Part shown: positions 37,171 through 47,451 of the stretch, piece after piece
How positions within the stretch are numbered: the stretch's first letter is position 1
Layout of the letters: the number at the start of each line of letters is the position of its first letter
NCBI GenBank assembly: GCA_943788985.1
Contig: CALSSJ010000012.1
Location: 160,001-224,000, forward strand
DNA: 64,000 nt
Origin: an uncultured Lentisphaerales bacterium
Lineage (GTDB): Bacteria; Verrucomicrobiota; Lentisphaeria; JABSQK01; UBA12247
Direction of reading: 5' to 3'
Translations under genes and position numbers: made by a program
Notes under the pieces: generated by a model
The model's input: only the letters and a program-made list of their open reading frames with translations
What the model was told of the DNA's origin: nothing
Database searches by the model: none

Positions 37171-40026
37171 ATGAGAAGCTCTGTGGATTTCGAACTGGAG
37201 GCCGAGAGCCTGCCCGACGGGATTGAGAAGGGCCGCCTGCTGGAGCGCGCCGCGGAGCTCTCCGAGCTGGATGGCGACACCTCCCGGGCCTTCGCCCTGC
37301 GCTACGCTATGCTAAGGGCGCAATATGGCTGCGCCGCAGACGAAAAGGTAATTGGTATCTTTTCTTGGATGGCGCGCACGATCGACCGCGAGCCCGAAGT
37401 TCGCGCCCAGTGGACAGACTCATTCATGTGGCTCTACAAGTGGGTTTTGAATTCCTGTCAGCGGTTGAGTGCTATCCCGCGAGGAAAAATAGAGGCACTG
37501 CATGGCGACTATGAGCGGCGCGTGAGGGCGCTCGGCTACAGCCTGTATAGCGTCTACCAGCAGCGTATGGACCTTGCCTGCTACTTCGGCGAGCTGGACC
37601 AAGCAGAGGACTACTGGCGCCAGATGCGAACGCACAGCCGCGATGATCACTGCGACTGTGAGGCATGCGTGCCGAGCAATGTTTCCACCCTGCTCAGGAA
37701 GTTGGGACGTCACGACGAGGCATGGCACCAGTACGACCGCGTGATCTGCGGGGAGCTATCGTGCGACCAAGTCCCGAGCGTGTCCTGGCCGAGGCTGGCG
37801 GTGCTGGCCTTAAACGCTGGAGACGAATCGCACGCTGCACTTTACGCGAATGCTTGGTCTGAAACTCTCACCAGGGTCGAGATTACTTACACGCTTGAGG
37901 ATTTGATTCACTATATGTGGCGCCGTGGGCTCTGGGGCGATTTCCGTCACTACCTGCGCGTGCACGCCAATCCTACGTTCTTTTCGGTCATGAACCAAGT
38001 ACCGATCTGGCGGGAGTTGGATGCGGCGCTGGTTCGCTTTGCGCCGCACTTCGCCGAGACTGAATTTCTAGGCCCGATGCGCATCACGGACTCCTTCACT
38101 GTGAGTACCTGGGCAGAGTTGGCTGCGAAGGCACACGCGACTGTCGCCGAGGAAGACACGCGCTTTGACCGACGCAATCGTACGCCACACTTTTGCGAGC
38201 AGCATCAAGCCAGGCTCGAGCGGGCAGAATCACTGCAGAGCGAGCCAGTCCATTCGGAGTTGACCACGGCTGCCAGCAGCCGCGACAGCGTGGCGTCAGC
38301 GGAGGAAGATGTCCGCTCAGAAAGTTTTGCGGAGTTCGCACAACGGTTTCGTGATGAGATCGAGTCATGCTACGGGTGGGAAGACGAGCGCCAGGCCCTG
38401 GCTGGTCTTGATGCTTTGGCATTGCTCGAGATTGTCCGGGACGGAGAAGCGGATGCCCGCAGCTACGCGGCGCTGCGGGAGCTTGCCGAGCACTACGCCG
38501 ACTCCGTTGAGTGCGTCGCCGCGACCGCCCATCAGATCTACAATGACTGGCGTCCGTTCATGGCGCGCGCGGTTCTGCATTATCGGGAGGACGTAAAGGG
38601 GCTGGATATGCTGCTGCCGGAAGTCCTGCGCTGGCCTTCGGATCTCACAGACTACCTGTTGCGACGCCTAGTGGAGCTAACTGCGGGAGCGGCCCGGAGC
38701 CGCTACGTATTGCGCACAGCGGAGATTGCCGCCCAACGTTACGAGGATGAGCAGGCCCTGGCATTGGTCGAGCAAGTTGAGAAGGCCCCGCCCACTGCGC
38801 TAGAAGACCAGTTCGCCCTCGGGCAACTGCTCAATCATCTGGGCGCACCTGAGCGCGCGCTTGACCTGTGGCCCAGCATTCTTGAGCAAACCAGCGGGGA
38901 GATGTACCGCGAGGCGCTATTGGGCTCTGCCTATACCTATCACCAGTTGCAGGACTACGCCGCTGCGGAGGACACCTACCGGACATGCCTTGGCATGTTT
39001 GAAGAGCCCCCGGTGAATCTGCTGCTGGCGCTGACTGCTAGCATTCGGCAACAGGACCGCCCAGGCGACGCTTTGCCCTTCGCCAAGCGAGCGCTCGAGG
39101 CGTCCGATTGGGAAACAGGGGCGTTCCTCGAAATTGGTCATTGCCAGTTCGATCTTGCGGAGTTCGCAGAAGCTGCCAGAAACTATGCGGAGGTATACCA
39201 ATTCGACGACTCCTTGGAGATTGCCGAACGCTATGCATTGGCATTGCGCTATGCGGAAGACTACGCTGAGGCGGCGACCGTCTTTCGTACCTGTCTCACG
39301 ATGGCAGAGGAGGAGGAAGAACCGATGGAGGCGTTTCAGTTCGGCCTGGCATTCTGCATGATCGCTGCCAGACCATCGCCCACTGGTCGCAGGATGATGC
39401 GCGAGCTTATCTTGGGGGAGGGAGAGTTTGCTGCCGATGCGTTCTCAGCGCTGAAAGAGGATGTCTGTGAGCGCGATGGTGTGGCCAGTTGGTCCCGTGT
39501 GGTCGCTCTTTTGCTGAAACGGATGCCGAACAGCACCAAGGTCATCACCGAGCGTGCATGGTGTCTGCACACAGCCGGCAAAATCCGCGATGCCCATACG
39601 CTCCTCGAGGCCCATCGCGATGATGACCAGTGCTTGGCTCAGCTGGCGATGCTGCAGACCGATCGGGACGCCGCGTTGGACTTGCTTCCGCTAGACCGCG
39701 TGGCCGGATCCCCGTGGTTGCTGTTCGTGCGCTGGGATCAGCTCGCTGCGCTCGAGCGCTGGGCTGAAGCCGAGCAGACGCTTCACGAAGTCGCAGAATT
39801 GCTTGGCGAGGTGCCATCTGTCGCCATCCGTCGGGCGGACCAACACGTAGCCCAGGAGGAGTACGCCAAAGCCGATGCAATTCTAGACGAGCAGTTCGAG
39901 AGGCTACAAGACCTGCGCATCCTCGAGCGACGCCTTGTTACGCTCGAGGCCCTCGGCGATACCGAGCAACTTGCCGCGGTCCGCAACATCGTGGATGCGG
40001 CGAATCTGGAAGAACCGGCGGAATAG
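37171..40026 (+). CDS. Large tetratricopeptide-repeat protein with N-terminal Cys motif
   Basis: 951 aa, all-alpha; LYKW, DDHCDCEAC, LSCDQVP; TPR-like helices in the C-terminal half; 4 nt after the HSP90 stop. Confidence 0.85.
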   Translation: MRSSVDFELEAESLPDGIEKGRLLERAAELSELDGDTSRAFALRYAMLRAQYGCAADEKVIGIFSWMARTIDREPEVRAQWTDSFMWLYKWVLNSCQRLSAIPRGKIEALHGDYERRVRALGYSLYSVYQQRMDLACYFGELDQAEDYWRQMRTHSRDDHCDCEACVPSNVSTLLRKLGRHDEAWHQYDRVICGELSCDQVPSVSWPRLAVLALNAGDESHAALYANAWSETLTRVEITYTLEDLIHYMWRRGLWGDFRHYLRVHANPTFFSVMNQVPIWRELDAALVRFAPHFAETEFLGPMRITDSFTVSTWAELAAKAHATVAEEDTRFDRRNRTPHFCEQHQARLERAESLQSEPVHSELTTAASSRDSVASAEEDVRSESFAEFAQRFRDEIESCYGWEDERQALAGLDALALLEIVRDGEADARSYAALRELAEHYADSVECVAATAHQIYNDWRPFMARAVLHYREDVKGLDMLLPEVLRWPSDLTDYLLRRLVELTAGAARSRYVLRTAEIAAQRYEDEQALALVEQVEKAPPTALEDQFALGQLLNHLGAPERALDLWPSILEQTSGEMYREALLGSAYTYHQLQDYAAAEDTYRTCLGMFEEPPVNLLLALTASIRQQDRPGDALPFAKRALEASDWETGAFLEIGHCQFDLAEFAEAARNYAEVYQFDDSLEIAERYALALRYAEDYAEAATVFRTCLTMAEEEEEPMEAFQFGLAFCMIAARPSPTGRRMMRELILGEGEFAADAFSALKEDVCERDGVASWSRVVALLLKRMPNSTKVITERAWCLHTAGKIRDAHTLLEAHRDDDQCLAQLAMLQTDRDAALDLLPLDRVAGSPWLLFVRWDQLAALERWAEAEQTLHEVAELLGEVPSVAIRRADQHVAQEEYAKADAILDEQFERLQDLRILERRLVTLEALGDTEQLAAVRNIVDAANLEEPAE

Positions 40027-40101
40027 CGGTGAACAGAATTACCGCTGCTATCGGTAGCGTGTTGCGGCGCTTTACCCGCACCGCCTGGGGCAGAGGGGGA
40101 A

Positions 40102-40194
40102 AACCACGGAGGCACTAAGGCACGGAGAGGAAGGATTCTGGTCTGTTATTTAATGCCTGCAACTCTACCTCCGTGTCTCCGGACCTCCGTGGTT
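40102..40194. repeat. REP-like inverted repeat (aaccacggaggcac...cctccgtggtt)
   Basis: aaccacggaggcactaaggcacggag / ctccgtgtctccggacctccgtggtt; outer 11 bp are perfect complements. Confidence 0.75.
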
Positions 40195-40409
40195 AATTTC
40201 GGTCAAGCGCCCGCTACTGATCTTTCGGGTATAGTCATCGAGCCAGGAAAAACACGCCACAGGTACAGTAGGGAAAGACCTTGCTGGTTTGCTAAAAAGG
40301 AGTGCGCCGGGCGTCAGCTGGCGTCCTTGCTTGCATGAATAGAGAATTTGCCGCGCTTATCGGTATGTTGCCGCGCGGTAGCCACAACCCAGGTCGATCG
40401 GAGATATAG

Positions 40410-41468
40410 ATGAAACAGAGAATGCAATGCGTTGCCAAAATCGTTCTGGGCTTGTGCCTCTGCGGTGGAACTGCCTTTCAAGCGAGTGCCGAACCTACCG
40501 ACGCAGCGAAGGCAGCGAGGAAAGCAAAGCGCGCGCAGGCGGCGAAGATGCCGGCGAAGAAGAAGCCGAGGTATCTGGAGACGGGGGGAGAACGCAAGCT
40601 GAATGTTGTCTATAAGACAGTCGGCAAGCGCGAGCTGCAACTGGACCTCTATTATCCCACGGCAAAGCAGGGCGAGACCACCCCCGTGATCTTTTACACG
40701 CACGGTGGCGGCTGGGCAGCTGGCTCGCGCTTCGGCGCAGCGAATGCTTCCTTTGGCGTGATCCACAAGAAATTAATCAGCGAAGGGTTTGCCGTCGTAT
40801 CGATCGGGTACCGGCTGGCGAGAAAGGAGAGCGGTGTGGCGATTCGCGACTGCGTAATCGACGCCAAGGATGCCATGCGCTACATCGCCAAGAACAGCGA
40901 TTCGCTGGGGCTCGACCCCAATCGTTTCTTCATGTTTGGCGACTCCGCAGGTGGGCAGATGGCCCAGATGCTGCTGCTGGCATCGCCTAAGAGCTTGCCG
41001 GGTGCGCCGGCGCTTGCCGATGCGTCCTACAAGACAGTAGCTGCTGTCTCTTGGTATGGCCCCTGCGACTTCGAGAAGACCAGCCTTTTCAACCACGACG
41101 ACCGGGAAAATTTCCGGGATCGCTTCGGGCCACGTATCCTCAACAGCGACCCAAAAGTTGGCACGGAGAAGAAGCTGGCGCTCTATCGCGAGATGAGCCC
41201 GATCAATTATCTGAGGACAGACAGCCCACCCTTGTTGATGATTCAAGGCGATAAGGACACCACCATCCCGGTGAAGCACGCCTATTACATGCAGGAGAAG
41301 GCCAAGGAGTTGAAGGCCCCCGTCGAGGTCATGATCATCAAGAATGCAGGGCACAACTGGCGCAAGGTTGAGGCCGATATCGCGCCGACCCGGAACGAGA
41401 TTATCGAGGCAACGGTGCAGTTCTACCTGCATCACGCTGGAAAGATTAGCACCGCACCCGCAGAATAA
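40410..41468 (+). CDS. Secreted alpha/beta hydrolase (BD-FAE/carboxylesterase-like)
   Basis: Signal peptide; HGGGW, GDSAGG nucleophile elbow, QGDKD..IP, AGH catalytic His. Confidence 0.92.
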   Translation: MKQRMQCVAKIVLGLCLCGGTAFQASAEPTDAAKAARKAKRAQAAKMPAKKKPRYLETGGERKLNVVYKTVGKRELQLDLYYPTAKQGETTPVIFYTHGGGWAAGSRFGAANASFGVIHKKLISEGFAVVSIGYRLARKESGVAIRDCVIDAKDAMRYIAKNSDSLGLDPNRFFMFGDSAGGQMAQMLLLASPKSLPGAPALADASYKTVAAVSWYGPCDFEKTSLFNHDDRENFRDRFGPRILNSDPKVGTEKKLALYREMSPINYLRTDSPPLLMIQGDKDTTIPVKHAYYMQEKAKELKAPVEVMIIKNAGHNWRKVEADIAPTRNEIIEATVQFYLHHAGKISTAPAE

Positions 41469-41479
41469 TCGACACCCCA

Positions 41480-41740
41480 TCCGGAGAGAGATCGTGCCTC
41501 TACTTCAAGGGCGATGGCACACACCGGAGCAAGATCGGCATCACCCCGCAGCGCTCAAAGGGCGTGGCGGGCAGCTGTGACCCCGCCGGCAAGGTACTGA
41601 GCGTGGTCACGTGCCATGTGCAGGATGCTGCCAATGGCTTCGTGAACTCCATGTGAGAGCACCAAGGCAAGCCCTGTCGTGTGGGGACTTGATCAATCTC
41701 TACAACGATGGCTCACCGGGCCCCACAAAGCCACCATTAT
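41480..41740 (+). pseudogene. Remnant of a DUF6786-like gene, truncated by IS21 sequence
   Basis: YFKGDG.HRSKIGI.P.RSK...GS.D, FVNSM*EHQ, IN.YNDG.PGP across frames; family recalled from memory, not searched. Confidence 0.5.
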
Positions 41741-41744
41741 GCCC

Positions 41745-42470
41745 GAGGCGGTCAACACCGCGCTGCATCAGTGGCTACAGGACGAGGCCAACGTGCGTAT
41801 ACACCGCACCACAAACAAGCGCCCAGTCGACATGTTTGAGGAGGAAAAGCCAGCGCTACAACCACTTCCGGGCATCTCCCAGCCGTGCTGTGCGGTCGAT
41901 CGTAGCGTCAGCAACAGTTGCTGTCGAATCACCGTCGGCGACAACTACTACAGCATCCCAGCTGCCTACGCTTCGTAGCGGCTGATCTTGCAGCGCGGAG
42001 TCGATCGCATTTGTGTAAGAACCACCGAGGACGTCTTCGTCGCCGAACATATCCGCGGCTTCGCTCGCAAGCGCCCAGTCATCGATCCGCAGCACGAGAA
42101 ACAGATCGAAGACCTCACCAGCCGCGCCCGCCATAACCGGCAGGTTACCCTCTTCCTGCAACTCGGTAGCAGCGCATTCTCCTACCTGGACGGGCGCGAG
42201 GAGAAGCGCGTAAACTACCCGAGCCACATCCGGCGCATCAATGACGTTATTGCCACCTTTGGCTACGATCAGGTTGCTCGTGCCTTGGCTGAATACTAAC
42301 GGTAAAACGGTGCCTGTGGCGCTGACCACATCCACAACCTACATGGTTTGCGTCTGCGCAAAAAACAGCAAGAAGCAGGTGGGCCCTTACATCTCACCAG
42401 AAAAGCCGACCTGCTCCATATCGAGTTTCCCCCGGCCAAACTCAAGCTCTACGATCAGGACACACAGCTA
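41745..42470 (+). pseudogene. istA: IS21 family transposase IstA, C-terminal remnant
   Basis: WL..EANVRIHRTTNKRP.DMF.EEK..L.PLP, NYYSIP; stops and frameshifts. Confidence 0.8.
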
Positions 42471-43205
42471 TGACCGAACGCCTCCGGGCCACGATTAAGG
42501 AACTCAACCCCAGCTAGATCGCTGATAACCTCGACATCGAAACTGCCGAAGCCATCCGGCTCTCACGTCCGGCCCATGACCTCATCGAGCAGCTTTTCGA
42601 AGGCCCACTAGCTTATCGTCACAACCGCAGCGTCGAGCGCCGCATGCGTCAGGCCAAACTATCGCGGCGCAGGAGCTTGACTGACTTCGACTTCTACTGG
42701 CCATCGGTCATCAATGCCGACCAAGTTCGCGCGTTGTTCACCTTAGGCTTCCTGCGTGATGCAGACCAACATCGTCTTCATTGGCACCGTTGGCTTAGGG
42801 AAGACTCATCTTGCCTGCGCCCTCATCGCTAAAGCCTGCGAAAAGCGTAAGAACGCGTTGTTCAACCCATCAGTGAGCATGATCAACGAGTTCATCGACG
42901 CTCGTAAATACGGTACGTTATCCAAAGCCATCAAGCGCTCCCTACGCTGCGATCTATTGGCCATCTACAAACCTGGTTAATTACCCATGGACAAACTCAT
43001 TGCCGAGCTGGTATTTCGGGTTCTTGCAGGTCGTTACGAACGCGGCTCCACCATCATCACAATCAACCGTGTCTGCAAGGACTGGACCGTGACTTTTGCA
43101 GGTGACAGTGCAATGACGGCCGCCGTCCCAGACCGCATCGTCTATCATTGCCATACCGTTGTTATTGAGGAGTAGAGCTACAGAATGAAAGACCGCGTAA
43201 GCTAG
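42470..43205 (+). pseudogene. istB: IS21 family helper ATPase IstB, degenerate
   Basis: R.RQAK, L.DFDF, NIVFIG.VG.GKTHLA.AL, RYERGSTIIT.N, DRI.YHC, SYR.K; multiple disruptions. Confidence 0.85.
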
Positions 43206-43479
43206 CTAAGGGCTCATGGTGGCCGCATCGCAGCCCCTTCCTTTTTGGTGGGGCCAGCATTTATGCCGCTACTGAGGCCACCTCGGCATCTTCCGGAAGT
43301 CGTTTAGCATCGCCTCTTGACCTTGTGAGATGACCTCCGGTGTCGGATGTACGAGAGGGCATCCTTTTACGGCGATGCCCTTGCCGTAGACGTACCTTTC
43401 CAGTTGGACTAAAATCCCCGAGGCGATCAAGTCTTTCAGCGGCGATAGGACCGTGACCTCGGTCTCCGCCAGATTGAGA

Positions 43480-43853
43480 GTTCGCAGCGAAGCAAGGCCT
43501 GTGAAACAGGCAACAGATATTAGCTTGGAGTTGGCGCGGAGGTCGAGAGTGGGGATTATTATCAGGACCCAGGCGATTGCCCAGGCACACTCGTTATCAA
43601 TCTGGCAACGCCATAGGATAAGCGAGCGCAGCCGTTTGAGAGGCTTTAGCTTCTCTGCGACGTCCTCGCAAGTTTCCTTGAGTTGGCTAACCTGCTTTGC
43701 TCGTAGTTCAGGCTGCCACTCCGGCGGCGAGGGTGAGAGCCACCTGTCATGCCCGAGTAGAGCAAAGTCTTCTCGCCCTTCATCGCGGACCCGGGCAATG
43801 ACAGCGTCCAGTTGCTAGTGCGTAATCCGCGGCAGCGTTCCCTCTCTGGCCAT
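43480..43853 (-). pseudogene. N-terminal remnant of a leucine-rich-repeat protein (Roco/COR-like N-terminus)
   Basis: MAREGTLPRITH*QLDAVIARVRDEG...LKRLRSLILWRCQIDNECAWAIA...TLDLRAN; AAGGA just before ATG. Confidence 0.45.
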
Positions 43854-44153
43854 CCTTCTGACTCTCGTATGTATACTCTTTATCTAGGCTGCTTCGGGGC
43901 CGTATGGCGGCGCACATTTTATGCGTTCATGTGCAGTGAAATAAGAGGCAAATGCCAAAGATGAAGGCACTGACGGAAAGTTTTGCGAATTTCTCGCTAT
44001 ACTGCTCGGAGTGACAGCTCGGCGCGAGCTGGCGGGGGGGCTTAGTCAACGACGGGAGTCGCGTGGGACGCTGTGAAGACCCGGCGGAAGAACGGCACTG
44101 CCGTGCCTGACTACGAACAACGAAATCGTCCAAGGGACGATTGGATCAGCAGG

Positions 44154-46124
44154 TCAGACGACGCGGTCGTTGCCGCCATCGATCGGGATCTGCGCCCCGG
44201 TGGTCCGGGCGAAGAGGGGGCCAGCAAGGGCTTCGACTAAGGCGGCGACTTCCTGGGAGGAAACTGCGGTCTTGAGCAGATTGCGGGTGGTGTACTCGGA
44301 GACGGTCAGGCCGTAGTTGGCAGCTCGGGTCTCGAGCACGCCATCAGACCAGATGCCGGTGTCGTAGACAGCGTCAGGATGAAGGATGTTGACGCGGATG
44401 TTGTCGGCGGCTAGTTCGAGCGCGGCGACGCGTACGAGCTGGGTGAGACCGGCTTTAGCCGCGGAATAGGCGACGGCGCCGGGACCCGGTGCCGGGACGT
44501 TCTTGCTGCCGATGACGACGATAGCTGGATCGATGCCCGCACGGAGAAAGGGGATGCTGACCTGGAGTAGATTTTTGTGCTGGGTGAGGTTGAGCTGCAG
44601 GCTCTGGTCCCAGGTTGCATCGCTGAGGGTTTCGATTGGCTCGCCTGGGCTAAAGACGCCCGCGTTGCTGACGACGATGTCGAGGCCACCGAAGTGGCGC
44701 ACTGTGGCGTTTACTGCCTGGCGGATGGCCTCAGGATTGCGCAGATCGCAGATGAGACCGAGGGCCGCCGGGCTGTTGAAGAGCGTGGTGATTTTTGGGT
44801 CTACGTCCAGTGCGACGACGGCCGCGCCAGACTTGAGAAACTGTTCGCAGGTGGCGCGGCCAATGCCGCTAGCGGCACCGGTGACGAGGGCAATCTTGCC
44901 GCGAAGAGGTGGGGCACTTGCTTGCTTGCGAAGTTTGGCTTGCTCGAGCTCCCAGTACTCGACGTCGAAGATGTCAGCTGGGGAAAGGGCTTCCCAGCCG
45001 CCGAGGGATTCGGCAAGCTGCACGACTTTTGCGGTATGGGCCGCGATGTCGGCGATGATCGCAGCTTCGCGGCTGTCTGCACCGAGGGCGATGAGCCCGG
45101 CACCTGGCCAGATGGCCCAGCGCGGGGCCGGGTCGAGGCAGGTCAGGCCGTCCTGATTGTGCTGGTCGAAGTAGGCGCGGTAGGCGCTGGCGTAGTCGGA
45201 GATGTCTTGCTCGGCGTTGCCAGTCAAGACAACGGGCGTGCGCTTGGTCCGAATGGAATGGTCGGGAGTGACGGGGCCGCGGGCGCCAATCGTTGCGATG
45301 TCGGCACGATCAGCGTAGGCTCGCAGGGCAGGGCTGTCGTCCAGCTTGGCGAGGACTGGGATGCCGCGGAAGCGTGAGACGCAGGCGCGCAGCTTTGCCA
45401 GAGCCTGAAGGTCTATGGCGGGCTCAGCGGTGGCGCGTGGGGCTAGGGAAGCGCGACTGCTGAGGTATTCTTCTGCCTGGGTGACGAGCTTGATGTGTTG
45501 CTCGTACGAGGCTCGGGCATCGTCATGAAAGGTGAAGAGGCCGTGATTGAGCAGGACGATGCCGTCGAGTTGGTCCCAGTCGACGTCGCGGGTGCGCTCG
45601 TAGACTGCTTTGGCGAGGACGAAGCCAGGCATGACATAGGGAATGGTGAGGATCCGGGGGCCGAAGACTTCGCGGACGCGGGCTTCATTGTCGGGCGCGT
45701 TAGTGATCGCCAGGACGGCGTCTGCGTGGGAGTGGTCGACAAAGCGGAAGGGAATGATGGCGTGCAGGATGGCTTCGACGGAGGCGTTGGGGGCACCCGG
45801 ATCGAGCATGGCGAGGCGCTGTTGGCGGACCATCTCGGTGTCGGACAGGGATGCGCATTTTGCCAGTTGGAGGAGGACGTCGAGGCGGAGTGGTGCGAAC
45901 CCCGCAACTTCGATGGTGGCAAGGTCCCAGCCGCTTCCTTTGACGAACAGGGTCTCGAGCGGCGTGCCGAAGAAGTCATTCTCGGTCATCTTGACGCTGG
46001 TGTTGCCGCCGCCATGGAGGACGAGGTCAGGGTCTTGCCCGAGCAGGCGTGAGGTGTAAACGCGCAACGCTTTTGGGTCGTCGCCACAAGCGGCTGCTGC
46101 TGAATCATTCCAGAGGCTTTTCAT
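44154..46124 (-). CDS. Bifunctional class II aldolase / short-chain dehydrogenase (RhaEW/YuxG-like)
   Basis: LVLHGGGNTSVK, VKGSGWDL, SVEAILH, HSHAD, NHG, TPDH, EYWELEQAKL; then TGAASGIG, NAG, YSAAK. Confidence 0.93.
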   Translation of the reverse strand: MKSLWNDSAAAACGDDPKALRVYTSRLLGQDPDLVLHGGGNTSVKMTENDFFGTPLETLFVKGSGWDLATIEVAGFAPLRLDVLLQLAKCASLSDTEMVRQQRLAMLDPGAPNASVEAILHAIIPFRFVDHSHADAVLAITNAPDNEARVREVFGPRILTIPYVMPGFVLAKAVYERTRDVDWDQLDGIVLLNHGLFTFHDDARASYEQHIKLVTQAEEYLSSRASLAPRATAEPAIDLQALAKLRACVSRFRGIPVLAKLDDSPALRAYADRADIATIGARGPVTPDHSIRTKRTPVVLTGNAEQDISDYASAYRAYFDQHNQDGLTCLDPAPRWAIWPGAGLIALGADSREAAIIADIAAHTAKVVQLAESLGGWEALSPADIFDVEYWELEQAKLRKQASAPPLRGKIALVTGAASGIGRATCEQFLKSGAAVVALDVDPKITTLFNSPAALGLICDLRNPEAIRQAVNATVRHFGGLDIVVSNAGVFSPGEPIETLSDATWDQSLQLNLTQHKNLLQVSIPFLRAGIDPAIVVIGSKNVPAPGPGAVAYSAAKAGLTQLVRVAALELAADNIRVNILHPDAVYDTGIWSDGVLETRAANYGLTVSEYTTRNLLKTAVSSQEVAALVEALAGPLFARTTGAQIPIDGGNDRVV

Positions 46125-47179
46125 ACGGAGGAGTCGGCTGGTTCGTAGAGGTTTGCCAGGTTGGTGGCGTAGGGGGGAAGCACGAGCCCGCGATCGGTGA
46201 TAAGCCCGGTGACTAGGTCATGCGGCGTGACGTCGAAAGCTGGATTGCGCACTTGTATGTTCTCGGGGGCGGTGCGACGGGCGCCAAAATGGGTGACTTC
46301 TTCGGCGCTGCGCTCTTCGATCGGGATGCCGCTGCCGTCGGGGGTGCTGAAGTCGATAGTGGAGGAGGGCAGGGCGACATAGAAGGGGATGCCAAAATGC
46401 TTGGCGCAGATGGCGACGCCGAGGGTGCCGATCTTGTTGGCCACGTCACCGTTAGCAGCCACGCGGTCGGTGCCGGTAATGACGAGGTCGATCTCACCGG
46501 ATGCCATCATGTGAGCGGCCATGTTGTCGGTAATGGCGGTGACGTCGATGCCGCTGCGCTGAAGCTCCCAGCAGGTGAGGCGGGCGCCTTGGAGGAGCGG
46601 GCGGGTTTCGTCGGCAAAGACGCGAAAGTTGCGGCCCTGTTGCTGGGCGATGTACATGGGGGCGAGGGCGGTGCCGATGCCAGAGGTAGCGAGAGCGCCA
46701 GCGTTACAGTGTGTGAGGACACCCATTCCATCTTGGATCAACGGCGCACCATGTTCGCCCATGGCCTGGCACAAGGCTTGGTCTTCGGCGTGAATTTTCT
46801 GGGCCTGGGTGACGAGCGCATCGTACATTTGCGCGGCGGCCAGGTTGCTGAGGGATTCTGCTTTGCGGAGCATGCGATCCAGCGCCCAGCTGAGGTTTAC
46901 AGCGGTTGGGCGAGAGTCCGCGAGATAGGCGGCTTGTGCGCGCAGACCGGTGAGGAAGGCGGCGGGACTGGCGTTACGGAGTTCGCAAACCGCAACAAGT
47001 AAGCCATAGGCGGCGGCAACTCCGATGGCTGGCGCACCGCGGACTTTGAGCTGCTTGATGGAGTCCCAGACTTGCTCAGCGCTGGTCTGCTCTTCCATCA
47101 CTTCTTCCAGCGGCAACCGGGTCTGGTCCAGAAGGAAGAGGGCGCCATTGCGCCAGCTAACAGTTTCAGGGAGCGTCAT
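46121..47179 (-). CDS. mtnA: S-methyl-5-thioribose-1-phosphate isomerase
   Basis: LDQT.LP, VRGAPAIG, SRPTAVNL, LTHCNAG.LAT, DETRPLLQGARLT, NGDVANKIGT, NPAFDVTP. Confidence 0.95.
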   Translation of the reverse strand: MTLPETVSWRNGALFLLDQTRLPLEEVMEEQTSAEQVWDSIKQLKVRGAPAIGVAAAYGLLVAVCELRNASPAAFLTGLRAQAAYLADSRPTAVNLSWALDRMLRKAESLSNLAAAQMYDALVTQAQKIHAEDQALCQAMGEHGAPLIQDGMGVLTHCNAGALATSGIGTALAPMYIAQQQGRNFRVFADETRPLLQGARLTCWELQRSGIDVTAITDNMAAHMMASGEIDLVITGTDRVAANGDVANKIGTLGVAICAKHFGIPFYVALPSSTIDFSTPDGSGIPIEERSAEEVTHFGARRTAPENIQVRNPAFDVTPHDLVTGLITDRGLVLPPYATNLANLYEPADSSV

Positions 47180-47217
47180 GGGACGGACAATACTGCGAAT
47201 CTGCTGGCAAGCAACTG

Positions 47218-47388
47218 CTAGCAGTCTGTCGGACTTGGGATGATCCGCTGCAAACCTGCGCGACTTCGGATTATTTCGCGGGTAATTTGGGTTGGGTACG
47301 CAGGGGCATCGGCGAGGTGTCCCCAGTGCACCGGAGCATCCAAAATCCCTCTCGCACTCACCTGCCAATTTACGATTCACCACACTAG
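47218..47388. mobile_element. MITE-like element, family B-related copy 2, CTAG-bounded
   Basis: Left end ctagcagtctgtcggacttgggatgatccgctgcaaa matches 26044 (ctaggagcctgtccgacctagctaaatctgctgcaaa); similar length (171 vs 168 bp) but a different right end. Confidence 0.6.
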
Positions 47389-47451
47389 TGCCTTTTGACT
47401 TGATAACGCTGGTGCATAGGGTCGGCGATCGAAACAGCGAAGGAGAGGGGC

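Larger units (their letters stand above)
41745..43290 (+). mobile_element. Degenerate IS21-family insertion sequence (5' part missing)
   Basis: istA-istB order is preserved; ends approximate. Confidence 0.75.
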
